From NCBI GenBank assembly GCA_013265495.1, contig MU058059.1, forward strand, positions 1,835,502 through 1,899,501: a DNA stretch of 64,000 bases, read 5' to 3'. Source of the stretch: Vicugna vicugna (taxonomy: Eukaryota). This document shows, piece by piece, positions 63,521-64,000 of the stretch. The notes below the pieces were generated by a model that was not told the origin of the DNA, ran no database searches, and saw only the letters and a program-made list of their open reading frames with translations. A program made the position numbers and the translations under genes. Position 1 is the stretch's first letter; every line of letters begins with the position of its first letter.

Positions 63521-64000
63521 CTGGAGGGAAACAAGAGCTCAGCCCGCAGAAAGGAATATGCTTTCACTTTTACTCTTTAAAATAACCGCAAAGAAAGAAC
63601 CCATTAATTGTTTAACGTTTATATTTAACATCTCAGGTCATTCATCCCTTCCTTCACTTATCCGTCTGTTCATTCAACTCATGGTAATACAGACGTCCAT
63701 CTGCCAGGAACTAGTCTAGGAACAGAGGGTCAAGCAGTAAACAGAGGAAGGCCCTTCCCCAGTGAAACTAATACTAGAGACATGTCAGAGTTAAAGTTGG
63801 GTCACGGAGGGACCATTGGTGGTTTTGTTACATAGTCAGGGAGACAACTCTGAAAGATGGTATTTCTGAGACCCAAATGAAAGGCAGGACCTAGCCTCAT
63901 AAGGCTCCACAGTAAAGCCCTACATTTTGTTTTCAGACAGTACAGAGTATGTGAAAACAAGGGCTTGAGTGTGGTGGTCAGCCAGGAATCCCCACAGGGG

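Noticed and set aside
1..64000. CRISPR arrays, operons or other prokaryotic systems
   Set aside because: Spliced mammalian genes and interspersed repeats throughout; no repeat-spacer array seen

Overview
Mammalian genomic DNA, very probably camelid (it carries a Vic-1-type tRNA-derived SINE). Two convergent genes flank a ~25 kb intergenic interval. On + are the last nine coding exons and long 3' UTR of ARHGAP28 (RhoGAP domain and C-terminus, 1495-26606; poly(A) signals near 30040). On - are the last six exons of LAMA1 (LG4-LG5, 63520-55365). All 15 exons have GT-AG boundaries and join in frame. The interval holds a decayed, intronless SCML2 retrocopy (MBT-MBT-SLED-SAM, ~33.1-35.0 kb), a near full-length fossil hAT/Charlie transposase close to FAM200A/B (~36.7-38.3 kb) and an orphan CpG-island promoter (~40.4-41.2 kb). 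It also has several strong minus-strand splice signals that suggest a spliced lncRNA antisense to both fossils. The rest is L1, L2, MIR, MLT1, MER20 and simple repeats. Protein and repeat identities come from manual translation and recall of the families, not database searches, and repeat boundaries are approximate. I see no demonstrably new biological system; the CpG-promoter/antisense-lncRNA/retrocopy arrangement is the best lead.
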